Shown here one piece after another: positions 18,219-27,104 of a DNA stretch of 64,000 nt (its first letter is position 1; each line of letters opens with the position of its first letter). The stretch is from Synechococcus sp. UW140 (lineage in GTDB: Bacteria; Cyanobacteriota; Cyanobacteriia; PCC-6307; Cyanobiaceae), in contig CAMAPJ010000002.1 in NCBI GenBank assembly GCA_945860085.1, positions 30,520-94,519 of the forward strand, written 5' to 3'. The translations under genes and the position numbers were made by a program. The notes beneath the pieces are model-generated. The model was given only the letters and a program-made list of their open reading frames with translations, did not search any database and was not told the origin of the DNA.

Positions 18219-19130
18219 ATGGAAGCCCTGGTTCCGGTTGTTCTGGCCCTGCTGGCCGCCCTTGGCGCCGGCAGTTTGAAGGTCACCAGCAGCAGCCGCT
18301 CGATGCTGGTCGAACGGCTCGGCAAGTACAACCGCCAGCTCGCCCCCGGCCTATCGCTGGTTTTGCCTGGCATCGAGCGGGTGGTGAGTCATGAGTCGTT
18401 GAAGGAACGGGTTCTCGACATCCCTCCCCAGCAATGCATCACCTGCGACAACGTCTCGATCGAGGTGGATGCCGTTGTGTATTGGCAATTGCTTGAGCAT
18501 CCCCGGGCCTACTACGCGGTCGACAACCTGCAGGCGGCGATGGTCAACCTGGTGTTGACCCAGATCCGGGCTGAAATGGGCAAGCTCGACCTTGACCAGA
18601 CCTTCACGACCCGCTCGGAAGTCAACGATGTCTTGCTGCGGGACCTAGACCAGGCCACCGATCCCTGGGGCGTGAAGGTGACCCGGGTCGAACTGCGCGA
18701 CATCCAGCCGTCCCAGGGGGTGCAGCAGGCAATGGAGCAGCAGATGACCGCCGAGCGCGAAAAACGGGCTTCGATCCTGCGCTCTGAGGGCGAACGGGAG
18801 TCCCAGGTCAACGCTGCCCGAGGGAGGGCAGAGGCCCTTGTGCTCGATGCCAAGGCCAAGCAGGAGGCCCTGCTACTGGAGGCCGATGCCCAGGCCAGGC
18901 AGCAGGTACTGCTCGCCAGGGCACGGGCCGAGGCCGCAGGCCATTTAGCCCAGGCAATCGAGGCCCATCCGGCTGCCGCCGAAAGCCTGCGCCTGCTGTT
19001 GGCCAAGGACTGGATCGCCATGGGCGAGCAGTTGTCCAAGGCCCCCGGGGGATCGGTGTTGCTGGTGGATCCCCAGAGCCCGGCTGGTCTGCTCAGTGCC
19101 CTGCAGGCCCTACAGGGCCAGGCGACCTAG
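18219..19130 (+). CDS. SPFH/band-7 (stomatin/paraslipin-like) protein
   Basis: N-terminal TM, then ERVLDIPPQQCITCDNVSIEVDAVVYWQL...DPWGVKVTRVELRDIQP...QQMTAEREKRA, followed by a coiled-coil tail. Confidence 0.9.
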   Translation: MEALVPVVLALLAALGAGSLKVTSSSRSMLVERLGKYNRQLAPGLSLVLPGIERVVSHESLKERVLDIPPQQCITCDNVSIEVDAVVYWQLLEHPRAYYAVDNLQAAMVNLVLTQIRAEMGKLDLDQTFTTRSEVNDVLLRDLDQATDPWGVKVTRVELRDIQPSQGVQQAMEQQMTAEREKRASILRSEGERESQVNAARGRAEALVLDAKAKQEALLLEADAQARQQVLLARARAEAAGHLAQAIEAHPAAAESLRLLLAKDWIAMGEQLSKAPGGSVLLVDPQSPAGLLSALQALQGQAT

Positions 19131-19154
19131 GGATTGCTTCGCTCTGGAGGCGGC

Positions 19155-19610
19155 TCAACCCGCCAGCAGCACCAGCATCGCTTCGCCGTAGAGCAGGGCG
19201 CTGCAGAACAGGGCCGTGGCCCAGCAGAGCGAGCGCAGCAGTGGCTTGTTGGCGACGTAGGCCCCCACATAAAGAAGCCTCAATAGGGGGTGGAGCAGGG
19301 CGGCCGCTGCCGCCCAAGGAGCACTCGCCCCAACCAGCAGGCAGAGCAGGGCCGCCGGGGCATGGAGAACAAAGGCTTCAAAGCAGTTTTGATGGGCCCA
19401 GCTGGCCCGTTGCCCCCAGGCGGGCAGCCGCTCGAACATCGCCCGGGGCGCTGCGATGTCGGCCATCGTGAAATTGGACTGGGAGCGGGCCGCCCCTAGC
19501 GGAACAATGCTGGCCACTAAGACGCCAGCGGCCAGGACCAGGGACCAGGCGAAGGGCGCCGCAGCTGCTGGGACGAGCAGGGCCGGCGACGCGAAGGCGA
19601 GGGGAAGCAA
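19155..19610 (-). CDS. MAPEG-family membrane protein
   Basis: 151 aa with four hydrophobic helices. Segment RASWAHQNCFEAFVLHAPAALL...LLRLLYVGAYVANKPLLRS is typical of MAPEG proteins. Confidence 0.65.
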   Translation of the reverse strand: MLPLAFASPALLVPAAAAPFAWSLVLAAGVLVASIVPLGAARSQSNFTMADIAAPRAMFERLPAWGQRASWAHQNCFEAFVLHAPAALLCLLVGASAPWAAAAALLHPLLRLLYVGAYVANKPLLRSLCWATALFCSALLYGEAMLVLLAG

Positions 19611-19770
19611 GACGGCGATGGCGGCTGCCTCTTTCTAGGTCGTCGGTGGTGAAACCCTGTTGTGAGGGCGGCCAATCGGGCCAACCCCAGTGGCACCAAG
19701 GCCTGGCCTTGGCATCCATTGGCATCGCTTGCCCTGGAACGGCGAACGATAAGCAACGCTGTGCTGCGCC

Positions 19771-19820
19771 GTTTTCCCCGGCTCTCCAGGGTTTTCCCCA
19801 GAAAAGCGGGGGTTTTCCCC
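19771..19820 (+). promoter_or_regulatory. Three direct copies of GTTTTCCCC spaced 20-21 nt apart in a ~450-bp divergent intergenic region
   Basis: Copies at 19771-19779, 19791-19799 and 19812-19820, read directly. Function unknown (transcription-factor site array or sRNA motif). Confidence 0.35.
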
Positions 19821-20061
19821 CAGCGGCTCGACTGAGACCCCGGCGCTGGTGGTGGCCGCCGCCAATCCTTGGGGAATGGTCCCCTTCCCCTTGACGGGCA
19901 GGGGCAAGGGACTCGCCAGCATCCCCAAATGGGAGGCGGACGCAAAAGGACAAGTCGCCGGCAAATTCGCAGGGGTTGTCCCACGGGTCCAGGGCGGCAG
20001 CGGCCGCTTGCGCGACAGGAGATGGTTGGGAGGTCTACGGCCTTCCGGGCAGCAAGAACGC

Positions 20062-20304
20062 ATGAACCAGATCCCCGACCACGCGCCCCGCAGTGTCTCC
20101 GTTGAGAACCAGTTCCCCGAAGACCTGTTCGACGCCATGCGGGAGTTCGTACGGGTGCATCCCCAATGGGACCAGTACCGCCTGATGCAGGCCGCCCTGG
20201 CCGGCTTCCTTTTCCAACAGGGCTGCCAGGACCGGGCCGTGGCCCGGCACTACCTCGACGGCCTGTTCCATCGGGAAGGTAGCCCCCAGGGCAGACCCGG
20301 CTAA
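20062..20304 (+). CDS. Small conserved hypothetical protein (80 aa)
   Basis: The ATG at 20062 gives MNQIPDHAPRSVSVENQFPEDLFDAMREFVRVHPQWDQYRLMQAALAGFLFQQG.... The upstream part of ORF 19849.. looks like non-coding composition. Confidence 0.55.
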   Translation: MNQIPDHAPRSVSVENQFPEDLFDAMREFVRVHPQWDQYRLMQAALAGFLFQQGCQDRAVARHYLDGLFHREGSPQGRPG

Positions 20305-20369
20305 TCGGCCTTGGGCTGCAAGTTGGCTGATCAGCTGCCTAGAACAATCCAGATCAACAGCGCAAGACC

Positions 20370-21062
20370 ATGCTCCTGGCGGTCAGTGGTGCCTCAGGTA
20401 AAACGGGTTGGCGGGTGGTGCAGGAAGCCCTGTCGAGGGGGCATCAGGTGCGAGCCTTAGCGCGGCCCGGGTCCGAACTGCCAGCCGGACTCGAAGGGGC
20501 CGAACTGGTCCGACTCGAACTCAGCGATGGCCCAGCCCTGGCCCTGGCCCTGAGCGGATGCCAGGCCTTGGTGATCGCCACCGGCGCCCGGCCGGGGATC
20601 GATCTAACAGGGCCGCTGCGGGTGGATGCCTGGGCCGTGAGCAGCCAGATTCGGGCCTGCGAGGCCGTCGGCGTGAACCGGGTGGTGCTGGTCAGCTCCC
20701 TCTGCGCCGGACTCTGGTGGCATCCCCTCAACCTCTTCGGTTTGATCCTGGTGGTGAAGCGGCTGGGCGAACAGGCTCTCGAGCGCAGCAGCCTGGCCTG
20801 GACGATCATTCGGCCAGGGGGCCTGGGCGAAGCGGAAAGCGATCTTGAGCAACAGACCATCCACTATTCCAACGCAGACCAACAACAGGACGGACGGATT
20901 CCACGCCGGCTGGTAGCGGGGGTGTGCCTTGATGCGCTGGATACGCCCCTCAGTCAGAGCCGGATCCTCGAAATCACCAGCGGCACACCGGCCGAAGCAG
21001 CCAGCGGCGAAACTCTGGCGAGCTGGCTGGCAAACAATCCAGAGCGACCCGGCAATCCCTGA
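20370..21062 (+). CDS. NAD(P)-binding atypical SDR (NmrA/Ycf39-like)
   Basis: N-terminal MLLAVSGASGKTGWRVVQEALSRGHQVRALAR Rossmann motif; RVVLVSSL; IIRPGGL. Confidence 0.8.
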   Translation: MLLAVSGASGKTGWRVVQEALSRGHQVRALARPGSELPAGLEGAELVRLELSDGPALALALSGCQALVIATGARPGIDLTGPLRVDAWAVSSQIRACEAVGVNRVVLVSSLCAGLWWHPLNLFGLILVVKRLGEQALERSSLAWTIIRPGGLGEAESDLEQQTIHYSNADQQQDGRIPRRLVAGVCLDALDTPLSQSRILEITSGTPAEAASGETLASWLANNPERPGNP

Positions 21063-21291
21063 AGGTGACAGCCACAGCCAGGTGCATCAGATATGGCCCA
21101 TAAGTTTCCTTGCCTAGAGTATTTACTTGCTCCTGAAATTTGCTGATGATGGAGAAGGTTGAACCAAGCAGGCATTAGTCCCAGCCCCAATCATGGCTTA
21201 CGTAGATGCCAATGGCTACGCAGACTTCCAGGGTTGAGCAGGAGCCTGATATGGCGTTCATCCGGGACAAGCCCTTAGCCAGTCAATTGCC

Positions 21292-22104
21292 ATGAGCAAG
21301 TCAGCCTCGAACCGACCTCAGGCCGAGCGGGTCTGCAACCTGGTGCCCTCGCGCGGGATCGAAAAGGACTGGGGAATCGAACAGGCCTTAGAGGCGAGTG
21401 CCATCGCCGCAGCCCCGGCCGCCCTGCCGGCCAGCGTGGATCTGCGGGCAGAATGGTGGGGGATCGGTGACCAGGAGGTCACCGGCTCCTGCGTGGGCTG
21501 GGCCTCCACCGATGGGGTAGCCCGGTTCCACATGGTCAAGGCCGCCAGAATCGCCAGGCCCGGCTTGCTGTCATCCCGTTGTACCTGGATGGCCTCAAAG
21601 GAGACCGATACCTTCACAAGCCGGCCAGAAACCTTCATTGAAGGCGCGGGAACCAGCCTCAAAGCGGCGATGGATATCCTGCGCAAGTATGGAACGGTAC
21701 CCGAGGCACTCTTGCCCTTCCATATCGCCACGACGATGTACACGGGCGATGAGAATACATTTTTTGCTACGGCGGCCAGTCGTCGCATCGCCGCCTATTT
21801 CAACCTGGCAAAAAATCTGACCAAATGGCGCCAGTGGCTAGCCACCCAGGGCCCGATCATGGCGGGGCTCAACGTGGATGCCACCTGGGATCACGCCAAT
21901 CTCACCCACGGCAATCTCGACACCTTCCAGCCCGATACGGTGCGGGGCGGCCATGCGATCTGCGTGGTTGGTTACACCAGCGACCGGCGCTTCATCATCC
22001 GCAACAGCTGGGGGAACAGCTGGGGGGATCACGGCTTCGCCTATGCAAGCGAGGCCTATATCAATGCCGGCTTCTTCAATGAAAGCTACGGTGTGACTGT
22101 CTGA
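21292..22104 (+). CDS. Papain-family (C1) cysteine peptidase, no obvious signal peptide
   Basis: Catalytic Cys context DQEVTGSCVGWAS, His context GGHAICVVGY, and Asn/Trp context IIRNSWGNSWGDHGFAY. Confidence 0.85.
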   Translation: MSKSASNRPQAERVCNLVPSRGIEKDWGIEQALEASAIAAAPAALPASVDLRAEWWGIGDQEVTGSCVGWASTDGVARFHMVKAARIARPGLLSSRCTWMASKETDTFTSRPETFIEGAGTSLKAAMDILRKYGTVPEALLPFHIATTMYTGDENTFFATAASRRIAAYFNLAKNLTKWRQWLATQGPIMAGLNVDATWDHANLTHGNLDTFQPDTVRGGHAICVVGYTSDRRFIIRNSWGNSWGDHGFAYASEAYINAGFFNESYGVTV

Positions 22105-22159
22105 GGACCAGGGCTGGCCTGGAGCCGCAGGCCAATAGTGGCCAGTAACCCCCTTGTCC

Positions 22160-22711
22160 ATGCGACCGCTAAATCTGGCCTTGGCGACGACCCTGCTGGT
22201 GGCCAACCTGGCCGCCAGCCCTAGGGCCTGGCCAGCCACCCCCTGCGGCCAGCCCGTCGCGCCGATCCAGAGCGTTGCGCCGATCCAGAGCGTTGCGCCG
22301 ATGCTGTATCTCACCTCAGTGGACGATGCTCGCAGCCTGGAGGTCAGCCAGGGCAGTCAGATTCAGCTGACCCTCAGCGAAAACGCCTCAACCGGCTATC
22401 GCTGGAGCCTGGCGTCACTCGATCCAACCTTGCTTGAACTGGTCTCTGAGCAGCCCCAAACCAGCCCCAGCGACACCGGCCAGGCCCTAGGGCAGTCCCA
22501 GCCCGTCGGCAGCCCTGGCCAAGTGGTGTATGTCTTCAAGGCCCTGCGCCCAGGCCTCACTGAACTGACGCTCAAAAACTGGCGCAGCTGGGAAGGCGAT
22601 GGCTCGATCATCAATCGCTTTCAAGTGTCCTTGCACATTCATGCCAAATCGGGCAGCCAAGGCGGCGTCCAACCAAACCTGCCTGCTCGAAGCGACGCAC
22701 CAACGAAATGA
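22160..22711 (+). CDS. Chagasin-like (I42) cysteine-protease inhibitor with N-terminal signal sequence
   Basis: MRPLNLALATTLLVANLAASP signal-like N-terminus. The three chagasin loop motifs are recognisable: NASTGYRW (NPTTG-like), VGSPGQVVYVF (GxGG-like) and NWRSWEG (RPW-like). TTG at 22154 is an alternative start. Confidence 0.75.
   Translation: MRPLNLALATTLLVANLAASPRAWPATPCGQPVAPIQSVAPIQSVAPMLYLTSVDDARSLEVSQGSQIQLTLSENASTGYRWSLASLDPTLLELVSEQPQTSPSDTGQALGQSQPVGSPGQVVYVFKALRPGLTELTLKNWRSWEGDGSIINRFQVSLHIHAKSGSQGGVQPNLPARSDAPTK
22256..22303 (+). repeat. 18-nt tandem repeat (2.7 copies) encoding VAPIQS-VAPIQS-VAPM
   Basis: gtcgcgccgatccagagc / gttgcgccgatccagagc / gttgcgccgatg, read directly. 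Lies between the signal peptide and the inhibitor domain. Confidence 0.9.
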
Positions 22712-22997
22712 CGCCCTAACGAAATGACAGCCGCAGTCTGATCGGCGACCAGAACGGTCATCGCTAGAGAAGTGCCGCAAGCGAAAATCAGTGGCGCCAC
22801 TATCAAATAACGAAAGAGGCCTGCTGTAGAGGTGGAAACAGTGCCGCAGATCTGAGGCTAAATCAGACCCAGGGAGTAGGCGCATCTTGCCTAACCTGAT
22901 AGGGGCCCAAGGATTAACAGCTGAGCACCCAAGCAGGGCGCAATCGCCTCGCTCAGCCGCCAGAACCGGCCGGCTCAATCCACTTGAAGAGTTCACG

Positions 22998-23432
22998 ATG
23001 GCCTTAATCAAATGGGAACCCCTGCGGGAAATCGAGGATCTATTTGGCCATTCCCTTGCCTGGCCCCTAGGACGGGCCCAATCAATGCTGGGTCTGGGGG
23101 AATGGAATCCCCGCGTTGACATCAGCGAGAGCAACGGCAGTTATATCATCAAGGCAGATGTGCCTGGCATCGCCAAGGAGGACCTCAAGGTCACCCTTGA
23201 CAGTGGCGTGCTGACGATTCAAGGCGAACGCAAGCAAGAAAAAGAAGAAGAAAACAAACGCTTCCATCGGATCGAACGCTTTTATGGCAGCTTCTCGCGC
23301 AGTTTCTCCCTGCCCGAAGATGCCGATGCCGCCGGTCTCAAGGCCACAGCCAAAGAGGGTCAGTTGGTGGTGAATGTGCCCCGCAAAGCGGTGGCCCCCT
23401 CAGCAGATGCGCTGCAGGTGCCGATCGAATGA
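22998..23432 (+). CDS. Small heat-shock protein, Hsp20/alpha-crystallin family
   Basis: MALIKWEPLREIEDLF...PRVDISESNGSYIIKADVPGIAKEDLKVTLDSGVLTIQGERK...RIERFYGSFSRSFSLPEDAD. ATG at 22998. Confidence 0.92.
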   Translation: MALIKWEPLREIEDLFGHSLAWPLGRAQSMLGLGEWNPRVDISESNGSYIIKADVPGIAKEDLKVTLDSGVLTIQGERKQEKEEENKRFHRIERFYGSFSRSFSLPEDADAAGLKATAKEGQLVVNVPRKAVAPSADALQVPIE

Positions 23433-23440
23433 GGCCAAAG

Positions 23441-23466
23441 AAGGCAGCAGGCTGCTGCCTTTAAAA
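23441..23466 (+). terminator. Weak terminator-like hairpin after hsp20
   Basis: AAGGCAGC-aggct-GCTGCCTT followed by TAAAAA. The U-tract is short, so this is only weakly terminator-like. Confidence 0.35.
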
Positions 23467-23556
23467 ACAACCTGCCGGCTGAAAACAGCTTGCAGGCGTA
23501 AAATAGCCTGCCAGCCTGAAATACTGCCCAGTCCATCAAGACGCCGCCTAGTGCCC

Positions 23557-25206
23557 ATGGCCCTCGACTGCTTTGCGCTCAAACAGAGCATCGCTGCAGC
23601 TGAGGCAGATCCCTCTGTTGACACGGGCCAGGCGGCAATCACCTTGTTGCGCCAATGGCTCAATCGCTTTGAGAGCGAGATCAGCGAGCGCCGACTGGAG
23701 ACGCCCAGCGACTTCAACGGCACAATGATCCAGTGGTTTCATTGGTATAGCGAGGGCGACGGCGGCCACTGGCGGCGGCTCAGTCAGGAGGCAGCGAGCC
23801 TGGCTAAGGCCGGCTTCACGGCGGTCTGGCTGCCGCCGGCCTATAAGGGCAGTGGTCCGGCCGATGTGGGCTATGGAGCCTACGACCTCTTTGATCTAGG
23901 CGAATTTGACCAGAAGGGCACGATTCGGACCCGCTACGGCACTAAGGAGGAGTACCTAGCGGCGGTGCAAGCCTGCCGCCGGGCGAGCATGCAGGTATAC
24001 GCCGATGTGGTGTTCAATCACAAGCTGGGGGCCGATTCGCCGGAAGACTTTGACGCCAAGCCGTTTGAACCGGCCAACCGGAACCAGAGCCTGGGCGACG
24101 AGCGCCCAATCCGCGCCTGGACAAACTTCCGCTTTGAGGGACGCAAGGGCTGCTACTCAAGCATGATCTGGCATTGGTATCACTTTGATGCCGTTGATCA
24201 CAACCTGCTAGATCCAAGCGCGCAGGCAATCTGGAAGGTGCATGGCGCTGATTTTGAACATAATGTGGACCTGGAGAAAGGCAATTATGACTACTTGATG
24301 GGCTGTGATCTAAATATCAATCATCCAGAGGTCCGCTCCGAACTGAAAGCTTGGGGCGAATGGACCCTTGATACGGTTGGCGTGGATGGCTTTCGCCTTG
24401 ATGCGATCAAGCACATCGCCAGTGATTTCTTTATTGACTGGATTGGCCATGTAGAAGACCATGCCCAGCAGGATCTGTTTGTTGTTGGCGAATACTGGAG
24501 CAACAAGCTCGAAAGCCTAAGCTGGTATGCGGCCAACAGTGGTGGTCGCATGAGCTTGTTTGATGCCCCACTCCATTACAATTTTTTTGCTGCCAGCACC
24601 AGTGCTGGGCAGTTCGACATGCGCCGCCTGCTTGATGGCACCATGATGCAGTCCCTGCCGCTGCTGGCCGTCACCTTGGTGGACAACCATGACACCCAGC
24701 CCCTACAGGCGTTGCAATCCACGGTGGAACCCTGGTTCAAGCCCTTGGCCTATGCCGTGATCCTGCTACGCGACCAGGGATACCCCTGCGTGTTCCACGC
24801 TGATTACTACGGAGCCCGCTATGTCGATCAACGCAATGGGGAGGACATCTCGATCAAAATGGCCAGTTACCGCTGGTGGCTTGATCGCTTCCTCTGGGCC
24901 CGTTCCCACTGCGCCTACGGCGCCCAGTACGACTACTTTGATCATTTCAATTGCATCGGCTGGCCCCGCCTAGGCACGGCCTGCCATCCCCGCTCACTGG
25001 CGGTGGTAATGAGTGATGGCGACCCAGGCTGGAAGTGGATGGATGTGGGCAAAGCGAACAGCCCATTTGTGGATCTGACCGGCCAGATCCATGGGCCGAT
25101 CACGACCAATGCCGCTGGCTGGGCCGAATGGCGCTGCCTGGGCGGCTCGGTGTCGGTGTGGGTGGAGCAGGAGCTTTTCATGGAGCGGGGAATGGTGCTG
25201 GATTGA
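23557..25206 (+). CDS. GH13 alpha-amylase (Bacillus/AmyA-type)
   Basis: TMIQWFHWY, DVVFNHK (region I), GFRLDAIKH (II), VVGEYW (III), LVDNHD (IV). ATG at 23557. The upstream ORF extension is Cys/Arg-rich junk. Confidence 0.9.
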   Translation: MALDCFALKQSIAAAEADPSVDTGQAAITLLRQWLNRFESEISERRLETPSDFNGTMIQWFHWYSEGDGGHWRRLSQEAASLAKAGFTAVWLPPAYKGSGPADVGYGAYDLFDLGEFDQKGTIRTRYGTKEEYLAAVQACRRASMQVYADVVFNHKLGADSPEDFDAKPFEPANRNQSLGDERPIRAWTNFRFEGRKGCYSSMIWHWYHFDAVDHNLLDPSAQAIWKVHGADFEHNVDLEKGNYDYLMGCDLNINHPEVRSELKAWGEWTLDTVGVDGFRLDAIKHIASDFFIDWIGHVEDHAQQDLFVVGEYWSNKLESLSWYAANSGGRMSLFDAPLHYNFFAASTSAGQFDMRRLLDGTMMQSLPLLAVTLVDNHDTQPLQALQSTVEPWFKPLAYAVILLRDQGYPCVFHADYYGARYVDQRNGEDISIKMASYRWWLDRFLWARSHCAYGAQYDYFDHFNCIGWPRLGTACHPRSLAVVMSDGDPGWKWMDVGKANSPFVDLTGQIHGPITTNAAGWAEWRCLGGSVSVWVEQELFMERGMVLD

Positions 25207-25314
25207 AGCTGGTGGATTCAAGCTGGTGGACTGGGCTGCGGTGCAGAGTGCCTGCCTAGGCCAGGCCTGCCCCTAGGGGGCGTCGGGCCGATCGACCAAG
25301 TCAGAACCCATGCG

Positions 25315-26298
25315 ATGCCTATCGTCTGCGCCGAGCGACTCAGCAAGACCTACCGGGTGGCCCAGAAGCAGCCTGGCCTTGCCGGCACCCTGCGCCATTT
25401 CTTCTGGCGCCGCAGCCGTTCGGTCGAAGCCGTGCGCGAGCTCAGTTTCTCGATTGAGGCGGGCGAAATGGTGGGGTTTCTGGGCGCTAACGGCGCGGGC
25501 AAGACCACCACGCTCAAGATGCTCAGCGGCCTAGTCCATCCCAGCGGCGGCAGCTTGATGGTGGCTGGCCACGTGCCCCAACGCCGCCAGGCCAACTTTC
25601 TGCGCAGCATCACCTTGGTGATGGGCCAGAAGCAACAGCTGATCTGGGACCTGCCACCCATGGATTCCTTTCGCGTCAACGCGGCGGTTTATGGCCTCGA
25701 TGACAGCGAAGCCAAGCGACGCATCAATGAACTGGCCGAGATGCTGGAGCTGGGCGAAGAACTTACCCGGCCGGTGCGCAAGCTCTCCCTAGGCGAACGG
25801 ATGAAGGCCGAATTGCTGGCGGCCCTGCTGCACAGGCCCTCGTTGTTGTTTCTCGATGAACCCACCCTGGGCCTCGATGTCAACGCCCAGGCGCGCGTGC
25901 GTGCTTTTCTCGCCGATTACAACCGCCGCTATGGCGCCACCGTGCTGCTCACCAGCCACTACATGGCCGACATCACTGCCCTCTGCCCCAGGGTTCTGCT
26001 GATTCACCAGGGAGCCCTCTTCTATGACGGCAGCCTGGAGGCCCTGAGCCAGCGTCTGTCCCCCTGCCGACTGGTGCGCCTGGAATTGAAAACGCCCCTG
26101 CCCGCCTCAGCTTTGGCAAGCTATGGGGCCGTGGAGGCCATCGATGGTCGGGACGTGCGACTGCTGATCGAACGGGACCAGCTCACCGCCACCGTGGCGC
26201 GGCTGCTGGGCGATCTAGAGGTGCTGGATCTGGAAGTGGCGGATCCGCCGATTGAAGATCTGATCGGCCAACTTTTCCAGCAAGGGGTGGTGCAGTGA
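25315..26298 (+). CDS. ABC transporter ATP-binding protein (ABC-2 type)
   Basis: Walker A GANGAGKTT, signature LSLGERMK, Walker B LLFLDEPT. Confidence 0.92.
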   Translation: MPIVCAERLSKTYRVAQKQPGLAGTLRHFFWRRSRSVEAVRELSFSIEAGEMVGFLGANGAGKTTTLKMLSGLVHPSGGSLMVAGHVPQRRQANFLRSITLVMGQKQQLIWDLPPMDSFRVNAAVYGLDDSEAKRRINELAEMLELGEELTRPVRKLSLGERMKAELLAALLHRPSLLFLDEPTLGLDVNAQARVRAFLADYNRRYGATVLLTSHYMADITALCPRVLLIHQGALFYDGSLEALSQRLSPCRLVRLELKTPLPASALASYGAVEAIDGRDVRLLIERDQLTATVARLLGDLEVLDLEVADPPIEDLIGQLFQQGVVQ

Positions 26299-27101
26299 CC
26301 ATCGCCAAGGGACTACGCATTGCACGGGTATTGCTCTCCAGCCAATACGCCTACATGCTCGAATACCGGGCTGAAATTGCCCTCTGGGCCCTCTCTGGGG
26401 TGGTCCCCTTCATCATGCTGGCCCTCTGGAGCCAGGTGGACGCGAGCGGTGCTGGCCCTCAAGCCTTAGGCCTGAATCGGCTGCAGCTGAGTCGCTATTT
26501 CCTTTCGGCCTTCATCGTGCGCCAGTTCTCGATCGCCTGGGTGGTTTGGGCCTTTGAGGAGGACGCCCTCCAGGGGCGCCTCTCCCATGCCCTGCTCCAA
26601 CCCCTGCATCCGCTCTGGCGTTACCTCAGCGCCCACCTGGCCGAACAGGCAACCCGCCTGCCCTTTGTGGCCGCCCTGGTCGGTCTGTTCTTTCTACTGC
26701 AACCCGACACGGCCTGGCTCCCCTCCCTGGGTCAGGCCCTGAGCGCAGTGCTGGCGATCTGGATGGCTTTTGCGATCAATTTTCTGTTGCAGAGCGCCAT
26801 CGCAATTCTTTGCTTCTGGAGTGAACGGGCCAGCGCCCTGGAGCGGCTGCTCTACATCCCCTATCTCTTCCTCTCTGGCCTTGTGGCACCCCTGGAGGTG
26901 TTCCCGCCAGGGGTGCGCGCCTTTGCCCTTTGGACCCCCTTTCCATACCTGATTGCCTTCCCGGCCCAGCTCCTCTCAGGCAACCCCCTGACCTTCCGCG
27001 GCGGCTTTGCGGCCATGGCGGCCTGGATTGCCCTGCTGCTGCCCCTCGTTGGACTGCTCTGGAAGGCAGGGGTGCGGCGTTACTCAGCCATGGGGGCCTG
27101 A
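26295..27101 (+). CDS. ABC-2-type transporter permease
   Basis: GTGA start/stop overlap with the ATPase gene. Six hydrophobic segments. Confidence 0.8.
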   Translation: MTIAKGLRIARVLLSSQYAYMLEYRAEIALWALSGVVPFIMLALWSQVDASGAGPQALGLNRLQLSRYFLSAFIVRQFSIAWVVWAFEEDALQGRLSHALLQPLHPLWRYLSAHLAEQATRLPFVAALVGLFFLLQPDTAWLPSLGQALSAVLAIWMAFAINFLLQSAIAILCFWSERASALERLLYIPYLFLSGLVAPLEVFPPGVRAFALWTPFPYLIAFPAQLLSGNPLTFRGGFAAMAAWIALLLPLVGLLWKAGVRRYSAMGA

Positions 27102-27104
27102 TCG

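Noticed and set aside
17674-19130. NfeD-SPFH pair as something unusual because the genes are divergent rather than co-oriented
   Set aside because: Both proteins look canonical. Orientation alone is weak evidence and the association itself is well known.
19611-20061. RNase P RNA, tmRNA, SRP RNA or a cobalamin/glutamine riboswitch in the long intergenic gap
   Set aside because: I could not find the hallmark conserved strings on either strand: GAAAGTCCGGGC-type CR-I, a tRNA-like GGTTCGAATCC...CCA end, the SRP GGAAGCAGCC loop, or a B12 box. It is retained only as an unclassified regulatory/sRNA candidate.
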